In this document: positions 24,286-37,833 of the stretch, in pieces | Numbering within the stretch: the first letter of the stretch is position 1 | Layout of the letters: the number at the start of each line of letters is the position of its first letter | Origin: Psilocybe cubensis | Taxonomy: Eukaryota | Assembly: GCA_017499595.2 (NCBI GenBank) | Contig: CM039005.1 | Location: 2,666,001-2,730,000, forward strand | DNA: 64,000 nucleotides | Direction of reading: 5' to 3' | Position numbers and translations under genes: made by a program | The notes under the pieces: model-generated | Told to the model about the DNA's origin: nothing | Seen by the model: the letters and a program-made list of their open reading frames with translations, nothing else | Databases searched by the model: none

Positions 24286-25147
24286 TCAAGCCGTAAGGGA
24301 AGGCCCTGGTTTGATGACCCTATGACGTTTGCGCCTCGCCAAATACGTGAAACGGGCGCGTACCAATTCCTCAATCGGCCAACAATTTTCATAATTGATC
24401 AAATGAGGATATTTCTGCGTGGTCTGGGGATTTCTTAGTCGCGACACTCCATGATATTAATTTATCAAGATACTGTACCAGGTGTTTGATATCATCCAGC
24501 CTGTCAGCGGGTTGCTCAGAGAAAGGCTTTGTTGCATCCAGAACGTTTGCAACGTGTTCGTTGACCAAGGTCTGCCCAGAATAACATCAGACTTCGTTCT
24601 AAAGTATGACGGAACATATAATATTGAATTCACATACCTTTAGCGCATTAAAATCCTTTTTCTCCCACCCAAGCTCTTGTTCAACACTGAATCCACCGCG
24701 GCGAGGAGAACCCATCTCTCCCGCAGGCCGTGGAACAAGGAGACTGGTCCTTGCAATCGCAGGGGTCAATTCCCGACGATATGGGGCTGGTCGTGGAGGC
24801 TTAGCAGCGGCGTCAGGTGGGGTCCGGCGCACAGGGGGAAGGATATCGATATCCTCGGGTGGTCGGTGGGGAACCTGGCTAAGTCCTATTTCGTGTTGTG
24901 ACATTAAATGATTGCCATTGTCGGTGGGTAGCTCGGTCAAAGCAAGTAGTGTGCCCTTATCAGCGCGGAGGCTACCAAGGGCATAGAAGGGAGGAATAGA
25001 TTTGAAGGTCTGCATCGCATGAGCGTGTACTGGGATGCGGGCAATCATGTAGGTGAGACTCTTGCCGAAAAGCATGCTTATAAATTCTTCGGTAGTAAAA
25101 GCCAAAAATGATAACAAAGGGGCCTCGAGGTCAGGCTGAAGCGCCAT
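24286..25147 (-). CDS. Hypothetical three-exon protein
   Basis: A 182-aa ORF (GEMGSPRRGGFSVEQELGW) splices to exons ending KYPHLINYENCWPIEELVRARF..TA*. Confidence 0.6.
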
Positions 25148-25230
25148 GATACCATGCGCCGTCGAGTGATCGTCTTCCTATCTACCACCACTTGCCTTCT
25201 ACACCTCAGCCCAAGCTATCCACAACCTCA

Positions 25231-27264
25231 ATGCCTTTTTCTTTCAACATTTGGCCATTTTCTATGAGCCGCCAAAGGTTTCTTGTGTCGCTGCGGGACC
25301 AAAAGGGCCCAATCACGTCACTTGCATTTTCTCCTAGTGGAAAATATCTTGCTAGCGGCGGTTGGTCTCTCCTGAACTTCCAATATGCTAGTGTTGACCG
25401 ACCTTCGTTGATCAGGAATTTCGCAACTAACAATTTGGGACTTGGAGAAGAGACGGGTCTTGGAGACGTCCCCTCAGAGCTACTATGAAAGGTCTGAAAT
25501 CTCGACTATTTGTTGGGTCACACGGACCAAGGAAGGCTTTGATATCTTGAGCTACGGTAATGCAAAGGGATTCTTGGTCTTTTTAATTCATCGTCCATCG
25601 CAGGTACGTGGAAACATGGTCATATACTATCAAACACACTGATTCAATTTGATAGGATCGCTTCGATGTTCTGCATGCCGCTCGCGTAGCTCTAGGCGGC
25701 GAGATTACGTGCATCGCTGTTAAGGCGGAATCTTCCAATGTAGAAATCAGCCGTATTGCTCTGGGGACAAGAGATAAGTGCATCATGGTCTTTACCTTCA
25801 ATCCGACGACCAAAGAGTTGGTTCCCATACACTCCATTACCTACGGAGACGGGCAAGGCACAATCCCTAAAGCAATGGCATTTGACAACAATACGAGGGC
25901 CGACTTGTACGTCTTTGGACTTTACGATGGAGGGCTTTACCGTTACGATGGCAAGGATATGTCCGAAATCTCCAAGCATCAGTTAGGATCACAAATGTGA
26001 GTGTGGATTTACCTTAATGAACTGTATTGTCTAATGAAATTTTATAATCGAGTGGGAATGCTGTGATCGACATCGAAAGAAAAATTTGCGTCATTGACAA
26101 CGTCAGAAATGGTTTTTCTGTGTATCAGGTGGATTTGGGAAGTTTCGTACGAGATTTAACAACCCGAGACGCTAAACACACATTTCCCAAGCAAGTTGCG
26201 TTGGGAAACGATTCGGGCTTGGTAATAGGGGGGAGTGACCACGGCCTGATATATATATTTGAGCGGGATACGGGCAAATGTTTAAAGGCTTTCAAGCATG
26301 GGCGTATGAGGGGAGTCGAAACTATTGCGGTAAGATTGTCAACCAATAACACACTAACAATAAACCCTGAACTAACCTGCGACCAGTCACACGATAACAA
26401 CAATGGAACCATTACAATCGCCTCCGCCTCTTCGTCAGTTTCGGTCAACGATCAACAGGCGTTACACATCTGGCAGTGGAACACCAACAAGACTGATTAC
26501 AGAGGATGGTCCCTGAAAGAAGTATTCGAATTCTTCTGGAAACTGACGTTGATCTTTTTACTGGCATACGGCATCCGCCTCTTGCATATCAGCGTGTCCT
26601 CTGGCAAAGAGCTAATGTACCCAAGTTTACGTCAGAACGACGGCAATACTGGAGAAGGACACGCACAGGGAACTGTCAAGCCCTCCTTCGTTGCGAATAC
26701 AGGTGGAACAGCCGATCGAGCCTATATGAAAGATGGTGATGAGTACAGCGAGAAACTTGATGACTCGGAGTATGAAAGCTGCCAACCGCAAAGAACTCGT
26801 CATACGAGAGCAGAGCGCAGTGTTAGGGATCGAAATGAACAACTGGAGGAAGACCGCAACGAAAAAGGCAATGGTCACCGTTTTAAAGAAGGCCAGCGTT
26901 CGAGGAAGGCAGCCAGTCGTGTTTGGAACGAGGAACAAGATACTGATGATGCAAACGAAGACGATGGTCTGTATCTTAGATTTGTTCAGACAATTTTATA
27001 ACAAACGCACCTTGACTCTGCACAGACATCGAACTTCCGGAAGGAAGACGCCAAGCAATCGTCAACAAGGACAAGGCAGTTGGCAAGAGTGACAATGAAG
27101 AGACCAGAAACACGAACATCCCCAGGAAGCATATGAAAAAAAAATCGAAAAAACTGGAGCATCCTATCAGAGATGAGGACTTCTATGAGAGCAAGGACAG
27201 ACGATCGGGGGTAGCAGAGAATATCGAGAAATACACGAAGGATTTAATGATTAGAGAGGATTAA
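25231..27264 (+). CDS. WD40-repeat protein with a C-terminal TM segment and charged tail (multi-exon)
   Basis: GPITSLAFSPSGKYLASGG, VIGGSDHGLIYIFE and LHIWQW, followed by hydrophobic FFWKLTLIFLLAYGIRLL. Confidence 0.8.
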
Positions 27265-27686
27265 CGGTGTACGTCAACAAAAACTTCGATCTTTGTACGA
27301 CATTATAGTGAACACAATTTAAGCAACAAACCGGGATGTTACAGAATGCTTGCAATTACCGGACAGTTAAGCTAAGGTAGATACAGGCGTGATGTGGTTA
27401 TATGAATAAGACTTGAGGTGAAGAAAAGATTGAGCAACAAACAATGAAGAAAAGGGATAGTTATGCATGCCATGGATGAGGATACCAATATCGGGGCACT
27501 TTGCAGTAGGAGAAAACGGAAATTACACGATCTGAGGGGTAAAGCGGCTCGTTCTCGGAGAGAATGGGAATAATAGGAGACAGCATTGAAAGGATCTGAC
27601 AATAATGAGCTGAAGCCAAGAGTCTGAGTGAAGGTGGGTGAAACTTACCAAAAGAAAAGGCCTGTCATCCAGAGATTGTTTAGTCG

Positions 27687-28503
27687 GGCGCAGAGGATCT
27701 TTGAACACTGGCGACACGGTGATAAATTGGAAAGACTTACAGAGACTGCGTTCATATCACAGTCGAAGGCCCAAGGAACACGAGAGTGTTTATTGTCGCT
27801 TCAGAGACGCAAACAAGCATTTCGAGAGACGTCGTCAATTGCAGAGAGATTGCTTATACTGAGCGCGTTCGTTCCGAGTCAGAAAGGTGCAACGAGCCGG
27901 CCCTGTTGTCTCCCGCGAGAGCACTTATGAACGGGTACCAACTGAATGGATACATTTCAGCGAAGCAAACATGAAAGATATTTCGAGAAACGCGTACCTG
28001 ATAACCCGAACTGTTTCGAAGAACTCCTCTGCGTCTTGGGCGCGGGCATCCGGGGACAATAACGAAGCAGGCAGACTCGTTGATCCTGATGTTGTCGCAC
28101 CTCAAATGGTTATGCGAGTGCAGCCAGACTCAGAGTTGACCTGGCTAGAACAAACTCGCAGTGTCGGGGATGTATAGATTATACCATGTCTGGATTTCGA
28201 ACGAGCGTCAATATTATTAGCCTACAAAGATAATTTATAGCACTTACGGGTTCTCCTATTTGGTATACAACGGTGGGCGGATTTGCTGGAGCGCGAGCGC
28301 GCGGGCGGGATGTCTGAGTAACCCTACTGTGGTGGTCAGAAGAGAGAGAGAAGAAAGCGTGAGAACTTGTCAACAGCGTTATGATATCCCACTCAAAATT
28401 TGATGCCGCTCTGCCGGACACAGATCACCACCGGCTTGAGCGGCTTGAAATTTCCGACGGTACATATTGCGGTGCCAGACATGATGGATCGCTTTCCTTC
28501 TCA
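27687..28503 (+). repeat. Dispersed repeat copy 1 (817 bp, inverted relative to 36340-37156)
   Basis: Near-identical sequence. The translated ORFs are identical apart from one residue. Confidence 0.95.
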
Positions 28504-28757
28504 ACAACGACAAGATCTAACAAGGTTCACCTTCACCGTTTAGCAAGTTCGCGTTTTCTTGTGAGTCCCGACAAATGCAAGCATCAAAATCAAACAATGA
28601 CCTTACCCAACTAGAACATTTCACACTTTCTTTTAATACTCTACTTTTTCTCAAGGGCCTCAACCTATCAAGGTCGGCCTCAGATCTAGTCACGCAATTA
28701 ATTTACTGAAAACACATATCGAACCTTTTTTCCCCTCAGAAACCTATATCTAACACA

Positions 28758-30221
28758 GTGAACAGCATGCCCAACAGTGCAATCAACGTATCACAAACCC
28801 CAAAAAGAGGAAAAATTGTTAACATGGCCCCAGAACCTTTGAAAATCGAATCGTCGCTTATATCCCGTCTAAACGCCGATATTGTCGGTGAAATATTTAC
28901 CGTTTACGTCGACCAGTGGATAAAAGACAACCGCCAAGAAACGACACCCACTCAGCCAGCTATTTATGTTCTTTGCAAAGTAAACCAAGAATGGAGAAGG
29001 CTTGCCCGCCGAACGCCGCGACTTTGGAGATGTATAATCATATGGTATTCGACACGAACATGGAACACCTGTGAAGCTCTCTTATCTGACTGGATACAAT
29101 GCGCCGCATCATCACCTCTTCAAGTTTATGTTTTCTCCACAGAAGCGCCTGACACAGAACTGCATCCGTTGCTGCGCGAAACCCTGATGCTAAATGCATC
29201 TAAATGGTCTTCTTTCATATGTTTAGGACCCACGCCATTTTGGGGCACACCCGTCAAGGAATATTGGTCGTTCCCACAGCTCAAATCCATTGCGATTAGT
29301 TTAGACGACGACACATACTGTAATTTCAGCGATGCACCACTTCTTAAGGAGTTGGTCGTGAGAAATTTGCAAAAGAACGTCAGTGTCCATTGGAGCCAAC
29401 TAACACTAGTTGACATAGCAGTCGAGAAGCTTGAATATGCGATTTTACCGCTAAAGGAACTTAAAGTTGTACAGGATCTTAGGTTAACGGTTGAACAATG
29501 GCTACTTGAAGACCAGTTAACCGTCGTGACGCCAAAGTTGCACCCCCACCTAAGAAAGCTCTCTTTGCACATGCCAAAACAGACATCGGTCATTATATTC
29601 AATGCGCTCTCGACCCCCGCCCTGACCGATGTCTCTTTATACTTGCAATCAGACCCCAACAAAAGCGACGAAGATTGGCTACGTTCCTTTTTAGCATTGA
29701 TCTCCAGACCAGGGCGACTTCAATCTCTGACAAGTCTAAAACTCGGCCGCCTTGGTAACATCACTGAAGCAAAGTTTGTCAGTCTTCTGGCACAGATTCC
29801 TTCAATCATCAATATAGAGATACTCAACCCTGGATTTGTGATCTCTGATACTATCGTTGATGCCATGAACCCGCAAAACGGCATACAGGGAAGATGCATG
29901 CTTCCCAACGCGACACACGTGATGTTCAAGAATGTGAAGATCCAATTCGATGGTTTTCTTCTTCTCAACATGCTCAAACAAAGGAAAAAATGCACAGAAC
30001 ACCCGAACGATTCGAATGCAGTACTACTCAACAAAATACCTGTCATCACGTCCTTCAAGAAAATCGAGTTTTGGTACAACAACCCTGAATGGATTAGGTC
30101 GGATTCGTTTGAAGACCCGAACCTAGTCATGTTATTCTTCTACGAGGTCTTCAAGCTCAAAAATTCCAACAAAATCCTTCTTAAATTCTGCTGCCTGCAT
30201 GACGATCCGTTTGAGGACTAA
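28758..30221 (+). CDS. F-box / LRR-like protein (single long exon)
   Basis: ISRLNADIVGEIF..LCKVNQEWRRLARRTPRLW is an Agaricomycete F-box-like motif, followed by LRR-like repeats. Confidence 0.8.
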   Translation: MNSMPNSAINVSQTPKRGKIVNMAPEPLKIESSLISRLNADIVGEIFTVYVDQWIKDNRQETTPTQPAIYVLCKVNQEWRRLARRTPRLWRCIIIWYSTRTWNTCEALLSDWIQCAASSPLQVYVFSTEAPDTELHPLLRETLMLNASKWSSFICLGPTPFWGTPVKEYWSFPQLKSIAISLDDDTYCNFSDAPLLKELVVRNLQKNVSVHWSQLTLVDIAVEKLEYAILPLKELKVVQDLRLTVEQWLLEDQLTVVTPKLHPHLRKLSLHMPKQTSVIIFNALSTPALTDVSLYLQSDPNKSDEDWLRSFLALISRPGRLQSLTSLKLGRLGNITEAKFVSLLAQIPSIINIEILNPGFVISDTIVDAMNPQNGIQGRCMLPNATHVMFKNVKIQFDGFLLLNMLKQRKKCTEHPNDSNAVLLNKIPVITSFKKIEFWYNNPEWIRSDSFEDPNLVMLFFYEVFKLKNSNKILLKFCCLHDDPFED

Positions 30222-31719
30222 AGTCAAATTTGTTTCCATTTCTGATTTCTTGACCTTTTTGTCGTTCCATGATCACGTACAGTCAAAAGTAAACAGAATT
30301 AGATCAATCGAGCTAGAAACCATGTAAATTGTTCCATTGACCAAATGTTGAAGCACACAATACAATACAGTAGATATGGTGGGTCTCAAAACAATGATGA
30401 GAAAGTATAAAAACGAAAGCCATCTGTGCAATCACTACCCAGGTTGTGCCGACGATGCCATGCAGGAAAAAAAAAATCGCCAGATCAGAGCGCTGACATC
30501 ACTCGGTCAAAATCAGCAAAAAAACAGTTGCTTGTTAATCTTGACCCGACCGCGAACAAGGCTCACGCCGTATCGTCTTCACATCAGACCAGGGCAAAGA
30601 GAGAGCATTGTAGGGGATTAAGTGCAAACTAGGTTTATGCAGCGTCCGGTACATACGTGAACGACGGACTGCCATTGAGAACGGAGAACGGAGCGTACAT
30701 CAATCAAACTTCTCGTGCTTGTAGGTGCTGAAGTTTTCTCAGGAGAAGGGCGGCGTGGTGTGGACTTTATGGACTCGTCCGTTTTACCGGGTTCCATTTG
30801 TCTTGTGTGATTCAGGCTGCTCATCATGGTAACTGACGTGGATGAGTCTCTCCAATCACGAATGAGGCGATTTTCTGCCAGTCTTTCTACAAGCAACCTG
30901 TTCAGAATGAGATAGGTGTCGAGTTTAAAATGCAAGATTTAAGGCAAAGATTACACACTTGTAATGCGTATAATCAGTCTTCAGTTCGACAATACTCACT
31001 AAGTACGCTTCCCGGTTGAGACTGCCAAATTTGTAACTTGAACCTGCAGTTAACACAATCCGCTTAATTTGAAGCTCTTCAAGATACAGGAGGGTCTGGA
31101 AAAGCCAAGTATATGCACTTTCGTTTAAAACAGTGGGAATGTAGTGCTCAGCACCCGTTTCACCGCAAACACCATTTTGACAAGGTGTTCAGGACGATAT
31201 TACGGAAGTAATCTGTCTACTCAAATTGTCCTTTGCCCAAGTTGGGCACAGCATGCTAGGCTATGCTAGGAAATACCGCACTGATGGGATTAATCCCGAA
31301 GATCCTGCAGGGCATGTAAGCTGTTTTAGCTCTGAGCTACCAGTGGTCCTCTGCCGGTGGCCGCGACGCGACGCGACGCTTCGCTTAACGAGGAACGTAG
31401 AACATTTCTCCAAGTCGAAGAAGACGACCAAAGATGGCGTTGTATTTTCCAACGTACGATGAATGCAATACAACGGAGAAGTGTGCAGGCCAACAAAAAG
31501 CTGAGAATATGAAAGTTTGTCGCCCGTGATGCTATAGTGAGGACCGACCTGCAGCATCAAATGGTTGTTAAATTATCTGCTTGTATAATCAGTCTACCCG
31601 TGCCTCAGGCATCGATCACATCAGCCAATGAGAGTGAGATGGATCTATCACATTTGCATGGAAATTTACAAGATGGCCATATATCGCTAATAGCTAACCG
31701 CAGTCCGAATCAGCAAACT

Positions 31720-32774
31720 CTAGTCCGAATCAACCAGCATCGCTATCTCGCGCCGGACGAAGTCGAAGGTAGGAAGCTCGTTGTCGATGATATCCAGGCA
31801 CTTTGCAGCAATGAGCGCTGTAAGTTGAGCAGGCACTGAGGAAATGAATGTGAAACAAGGTAACTTGAGGTCCTTTCTGCCCGCAAGTCGAAGAGATTCC
31901 TTCATTTTCCCTATATCGGCCATCTGATCCAACACACAGATCCATCCGTAGAGATCAGCTTTGCACCCGTTGCATATCTTTATGGGATTCTCCGCCTCCA
32001 AGTCCCTCTCCACCCCATGGCATTCCTTCTCGACGCACAACGGAAACTTCGAAATGAACTCGACAATAGGCTGAAACTTTTCTGCCCAAACCTTTTGCAA
32101 TTCAACCTAATCGATATAACAATCATTAGTGCACGGCTAAGTATAGCCATAAATGTTATTGTTACCAAAGGTAACAGAAGGTCCTTAGAAACCCTCACGG
32201 CCAGGCTACCGAAGCTGTATTCGGAGCTGCAGAGGTAAGTTGCAGCCTCATCCAACAGTTTCGTTTGCTTATGGTCAGCAGCGAAACAAAATACAAATAG
32301 CGGGTAGTGTGGCATGAGAGCTCTATAGTTCAATGCGTGCATCAATGAAGAGCCAAAACAATGTTTGCGTGGAGGTTTGCGCACCTCATTCTCGCCAAGC
32401 AAGTGTTCATCCCGGAGAAGACTTCATACTTGAAGACAGCATTCGCGACATCGATCAGCATCTCGATATTAGTGATTTGCTCAAGATTTGGGTGACGTTC
32501 GCGCTTCATGAAAGAAAAGACGACATCGAGGACAAATCCATATTCTTCGACTATAGTTGTTCGGGATTCAGCAAGCGTTCCTGGTATGGGTTCCTCTGCC
32601 AGCCTGGCTAAACCGGGGGCAAATGCCACAACATCTGAAGTCTGGATTTTGTAATATTTTCCATCGATGGAGCGAAACGCCTTCTGTTTGAAGTGGTCAG
32701 TAAGCATTGCAATATTAATCTCAACATCAACTCACATAGTTTTTATCTCCATTTTCTTCGTTAGAGGTGGGCAT
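31720..32774 (-). CDS. BTB/POZ-like domain protein (multi-exon)
   Basis: MPTSNEENGDKNY/KAFRSIDGKYYKI..EEYGFVLDVVFSFM..LIDVANAVFKYEV..HYPLFVFCFAADH. Confidence 0.65.
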
Positions 32775-33143
32775 TGCGACGGTAGTTGAACTGTAAGTTG
32801 AACTGTAAGTGGTAGAAAGCACAAAGGCGACACAATTTAAAGGAGTGTTATTGCCGGCGTTTTTAGTGATTTTGGTCAGGTGCTAGGCCGGTGCAAGTGG
32901 GTGTACTGAATTGATCAGGCATCGTAAGTTATACTACTTGGGCAACATGTTTAATTGGTGATATATAAATATAGACTTCAAAAAGAGAGTAGGTACACAC
33001 CCCCTATCCTTTTGTTTCTCTCTGTACCAGCAGAGGTTACCCCCGCCCAAAGGCCAGACAGGGGTGACCTCTGGGTAAAATCAACATCCAGACGTACAAC
33101 AGATGGCTTCAGTCATGGCCGTAAGTACAAGTCTGGCGGGTCA

Positions 33144-33589
33144 AATATTATTAGCCTACAAAGATAATTTATAGCACTTACGGGTTCTCCTATTTGGTAT
33201 ACAACGGTGGGCGGATTTGCTGGAGCGCGAGCGCGCGGGCGGGATGTCTGAGTAACCCTACTGTGGTGGTCAGAAGAGAGAGAGAAGAAAGCGTGAGAAC
33301 TTGTCAACAGCGTTATGATATCCCACTCAAAATTTGATGCCGCTCTGCCGGACACAGATCACCACCGGCTTGAGCGGCTTGAAATTTCCGACGGTACATA
33401 TTGCGGTGCCAGACATGATGGATCGCTTTCCTTCTCACTCCGTCCCTCAACTGTGAGCGTAGTGTTCGTACGCCTCTGCATGCCCTCATTGCCTGACAAC
33501 ATCCAATCATCTGCACGGTTATATCACCATTTATAATATTCTAGCGCTTTTCTTACGTTCAGTGTGATAAGTCAAGAAAATCTGTATAC
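33144..33589 (+). repeat. Dispersed repeat copy 2 (446 bp, inverted relative to 36188-36633)
   Basis: Appears identical to the reverse complement of 36188-36633. Its first 294 bp also match 28210-28503. Confidence 0.95.
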
Positions 33590-33733
33590 ATCGATGTCAT
33601 AAACTGTAAGAATTGAATGAATGCAATGTCGATATCATAAACTCCCACCCAAGAGTGCAATGTCAGAATGCGTCAGGTTATGTCATTGATATAATAAGAA
33701 CTGTAGGCTCTCTATTTGTTGTGATAAACCGAC

Positions 33734-34490
33734 ATGGTAACGCGCACGCGCAACAAAAGTAAAGCGATAGACATTCACAACCATAATCCTCCTCGCATAG
33801 ACAAAATGAAAAAGGTATGCAACAATTCCTCAGGGCTAAGACTGGTTTCGTTCACACATGTTTCTCAGGTCGATCCAGAAATCCGCCAGTTTCTGGATAT
33901 GGAAGCTCAAGTAGACGAAGGAGTCGATTCGGAGGAAGATGAAAGTGTGAGGGGGAAGGCTAGCTTCATTGCGATTTATGTTCTCGTATCGATCTATGCT
34001 GACGACGCCCTTCAGATGTGTTCATTGATGACGGTGCGGCTATGGAGGATAGTCTAAGACCGGGGTGTACCGCTCTACCAGTCGATTTCTCTCCACATAA
34101 GGACAACGAAAGCTCTTTGAAATTATTGATTTCTTGCATTGAAGAGACAACTACTCTGGGTCATAGAAAGTCCACCATTCCTCAAGACGAAAGGGAGGTT
34201 GAACTTGATGGAATTTTTTCTACGTCCATCTCCAGGGCGATTATACTTTGTGGCGGGTTGGATGCCGAGTGTGTACCACTCATGCTCTATTCGGTGCTCA
34301 TCAAATGAACGACGAAACCGAAGATTGGTGTTGAAGAGTCAGTTGTGATGTCCCTGCTCAACATAGTTGGAGAGCGCTATTAAGTTCGTGCTACGTTCAG
34401 TCAAGGGTCCACACCGGGATGTATTCACATTGAATGCATTATGAATCAGAACATCGTCAACCTTCTGCTTCTTCTAACTCCTGGTGTACT
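33734..34490 (+). pseudogene. Truncated Spt5/NGN-like gene fragment
   Basis: QFLDMEAQVDEGVDSEEDE..FIDDG and IGVEESVVMSLL..TPGCIHIE, with internal stops. Confidence 0.4.
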
Positions 34491-34806
34491 CTTTCCTTCT
34501 CAACAACACTCCGTCCCTTCATTACAGCGGGTTAATATAATAAAATCAAGTTACTATAAATGAAAATGGCACAACGCAAGACAACACGACAATTAGTAGA
34601 TCCTCTTAAACATTGTCACAAAGAGCACCCTTAGATTCACTGCTTGCTTGAAGACAATATCGATTTGTAGGTATATTTGCTTTGCTATTTAATCTAGAAT
34701 ATGATGACATCCTTCACAGCTATCTATCGCACCTGGCTGTCATTCCTAGTTAGGCATTAACTCTCATTAACTTCACTATTAATGTGGGACGTGTCTATCA
34801 GTCTCG

Positions 34807-35806
34807 TTAAAAAACCCCATTCAAAACAACTACTGGCTTCACGAGTAAAGCCATTTCCACTTCGCCCGACTTGCTCACTGGCATGACAACTTTCTTTAAT
34901 CCCATCCCAACTGTACATAGTACCCGGTTTGCTTTTTCCGCCGTATCACATTCTTTATCCACGACGTATCCGTTTTCCATAGAATCGTTGAAGTGACCTC
35001 CGGGAGGGATAATAAAGGTCTCCATATCTCCCGTTATGATACCTTCATGCATTGCCTTCTTTAACTTGTAACTTAATTTCAGAATTGCGGCCGCCTTGCT
35101 TTCGATAACACGTATCTGCGACTCTGATGATGACCAGAGACAAAGATAAAGAATGCTTTTGATCCCCATTGTCGCTGCTTCGGTATCTGCACTCAGATCG
35201 GGGTCCGGAATATGCGCGCTTGCAATCGCCCTCCATCTTGTGGCCACTGTTCGTTGTTCTATTCACAAGGAAGTAGGGGTTAAAACATTGCGCATTGGCG
35301 TTTATATCTGATGACACACCGAAGGACTTGATTTTCTTGTACAGTACCATGAACTGACCCCCTTGGTTTTCGGAAAAAACTTGTGTTTTTTGCATGCAAG
35401 TATGTGTGATAAAGGCCTGGATCGCCAACTGAAGTGCAAAGGGATCCTGTCGTAGATGCTTATACGTCCCGGTAAGCTGTAATGATAGTTCCGCTCCTAT
35501 CACTTGAAATACGGCATTTAAATGACCTAAAACAGCATCCAAATTTCGGGCACGTTCCTCTTCCGTAGCTACCACGGCCTCGTTTTCAAACAAATCTGCT
35601 ACAACCGCAGCGAGTTGGAAAATGTCTGCGTTTAACGCATTAACCATTTGTATGATTTCGGCGCTGGAGTAGACGTCTGTTGCTGTTAAGAACGTGCGAG
35701 TTCCAATTAATTCAGCATTTCGTTCTTGTAAGACCATTGTCGTTCGACTTAATTTCTCTTCACACACGCGCAACTTTTCCCGCAGCAAGCTTGTTTCATC
35801 CTTCAT
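34807..35806 (-). CDS. Hypothetical two-exon protein with an N-terminal coiled coil
   Basis: ORFs of 253 aa and 146 aa: FLTATDVYSSAEIIQMVNALNADIFQLAA..RWRAIA..VLCTVGMGL. Confidence 0.65.
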
Positions 35807-36187
35807 CGTGATGGGGGGGGGGGGGGCGGGTGGACTGCCTAATTGACTTTAGTTGGTTGAGTTACAATTCCCTGTGAGCCGCTATCGATTGCTGAGCGAT
35901 CGTGGTGTTGGTAGTCAGAGATCGGTACCAGATACCATTCCTTTGGCATTCCTTTGTCGAAACGAATCCCCGTGATTATTTCTTGACTACTTCGACCCGG
36001 GGTAATGTAACGAAATTATGTTTTAATTAGTTTTACCCTTAACCAATTCCTTTCACCATTAGTCTATTCAATTTACCCACATTTTGGTTCCGATACTCTA
36101 CTATACATAAGAAAAGGTGTAGGTACTGGTATTGTAAAAATTACAGATCATGAAAAATCGGCAAAGTGCTACACCTCTAATCGCATC

Positions 36188-37156
36188 GTATACAGATTTT
36201 CTTGACTTATCACACTGAACGTAAGAAAAGCGCTAGAATATTATAAATGGTGATATAACCGTGCAGATGATTGGATGTTGTCAGGCAATGAGGGCATGCA
36301 GAGGCGTACGAACACTACGCTCACAGTTGAGGGACGGAGTGAGAAGGAAAGCGATCCATCATGTCTGGCACCGCAATATGTACCGTCGGAAATTTCAAGC
36401 CGCTCAAGCCGGTGGTGATCTGTGTCCGGCAGAGCGGCATCAAATTTTGAGTGGGATATCATAACGCTGTTGACAAGTTCTCACGCTTTCTTCTCTCTCT
36501 CTTCTGACCACCACAGTAGGGTTACTCAGACATCCCGCCCGCGCGCTCGCGCTCCAGCAAATCCGCCCACCGTTGTATACCAAATAGGAGAACCCGTAAG
36601 TGCTATAAATTATCTTTGTAGGCTAATAATATTGACGCTCGTTCGAAATCCAGACATGGTATAATCTATACATCCCCGACACTGCGAGTTTGTTCTAGCC
36701 AGGTCAACTCTGAGTCTGGCTGCACTCGCATAACCATTTGAGGTGCGACAACATCAGGATCAACGAGTCTGCCTGCTTCGTTATTGTCCCCGGATGCCCG
36801 CGCCCAAGACGCAGAGGAGTTCTTCGAAACAGTTCGGGTTATCAGGTACGCGTTTCTCAAAATATCTTTCATGTTTGCTTCGCTGAAATGTATCCATTCA
36901 GTTGGTACCCGTTCATAAGTGCTCTCGCGGGAGACAACAGGGCCGGCTCGTTGCACCTTTCTGACTCGGAACGAACGCGCTCAGTATAAGCAATCTCTCT
37001 GCAATTGACGACGTCTCTCGAAATGCTTGTTTGCGTCTCTGAAGCGACAATAAACACTCTCGTGTTCCTTGGGCCTTCGACTGTGATATGAACGCAGTCT
37101 CTGTAAGTCTTTCCAATTTATCACCGTGTCGCCAGTGTTCAAAGATCCTCTGCGCC
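36188..37156 (-). repeat. Dispersed repeat copy 3 (969 bp, the union of copies 1 and 2, inverted)
   Basis: Reverse-complement match to 33144-33589 and to 27687-28503. Confidence 0.95.
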
Positions 37157-37833
37157 TCTAGTGCCGTATCTATTCTTTTCGAGCACCAGCCGCTTTCAAC
37201 CTGGGTCTGAGTGAGTTCCTTCCGCTTCATCGCTAATTTCTGCATCCGTACTAATGCATACAACAACACACAGGCAGCCATGTTGCCTCTTTGTGGCGAT
37301 GGAACAACGATCCGCGTATCTGTGTATAGAGACGGAGAATGTCGCGCTGTTGTTGTGTTTTCATCGATGACTGAAACAGTATGTTATCGGCGGGAAACCG
37401 ACTTTCCGACGGCTAATGTAGTCCCAATTTTATACTCAATTGTTTTAGCAAATATACATCGATTACCCCTTTATAGATTCATAATCATTTCGCTCGTAGA
37501 CGTTACCTACACCCTCTTTTCTTCTGCGCTTTGTCAACCCATCCTGTTGTTTCATTATGAATTAGTGCACTTTTAATTAATGCTACCACCATTTGGTCAT
37601 TCTTTGGATCGGTCGCTGTCACCCCTCCCTCGTTTTTTGATTTTGGCATATTTGTGCAAACAACACGTTGCCGATGTAGAGTGAGGATTCGCCTGACACC
37701 TCAGAGGAATACATTACCCGAAAGACCGGAAAGGTTCCTATCGTGATCATTACTTCAAACACCGAGAACCCGACCGCAAGTACCTTCCTTTGTTTTCCAG
37801 TCTACTATTTTCATCAATTACTTTTTATAACAG

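Noticed and set aside
27786-28614. Short ORFs repeated in the three dispersed repeat copies
   Set aside because: Their identity reflects DNA duplication only. No domains were recognised and the ORFs are truncated differently in each copy.
35813-35826. G14 tract as a phase-variation switch for the 35806 gene
   Set aside because: All three upstream frames on the minus strand hit stops within ~50 bp, so a length change would not restore a longer ORF.
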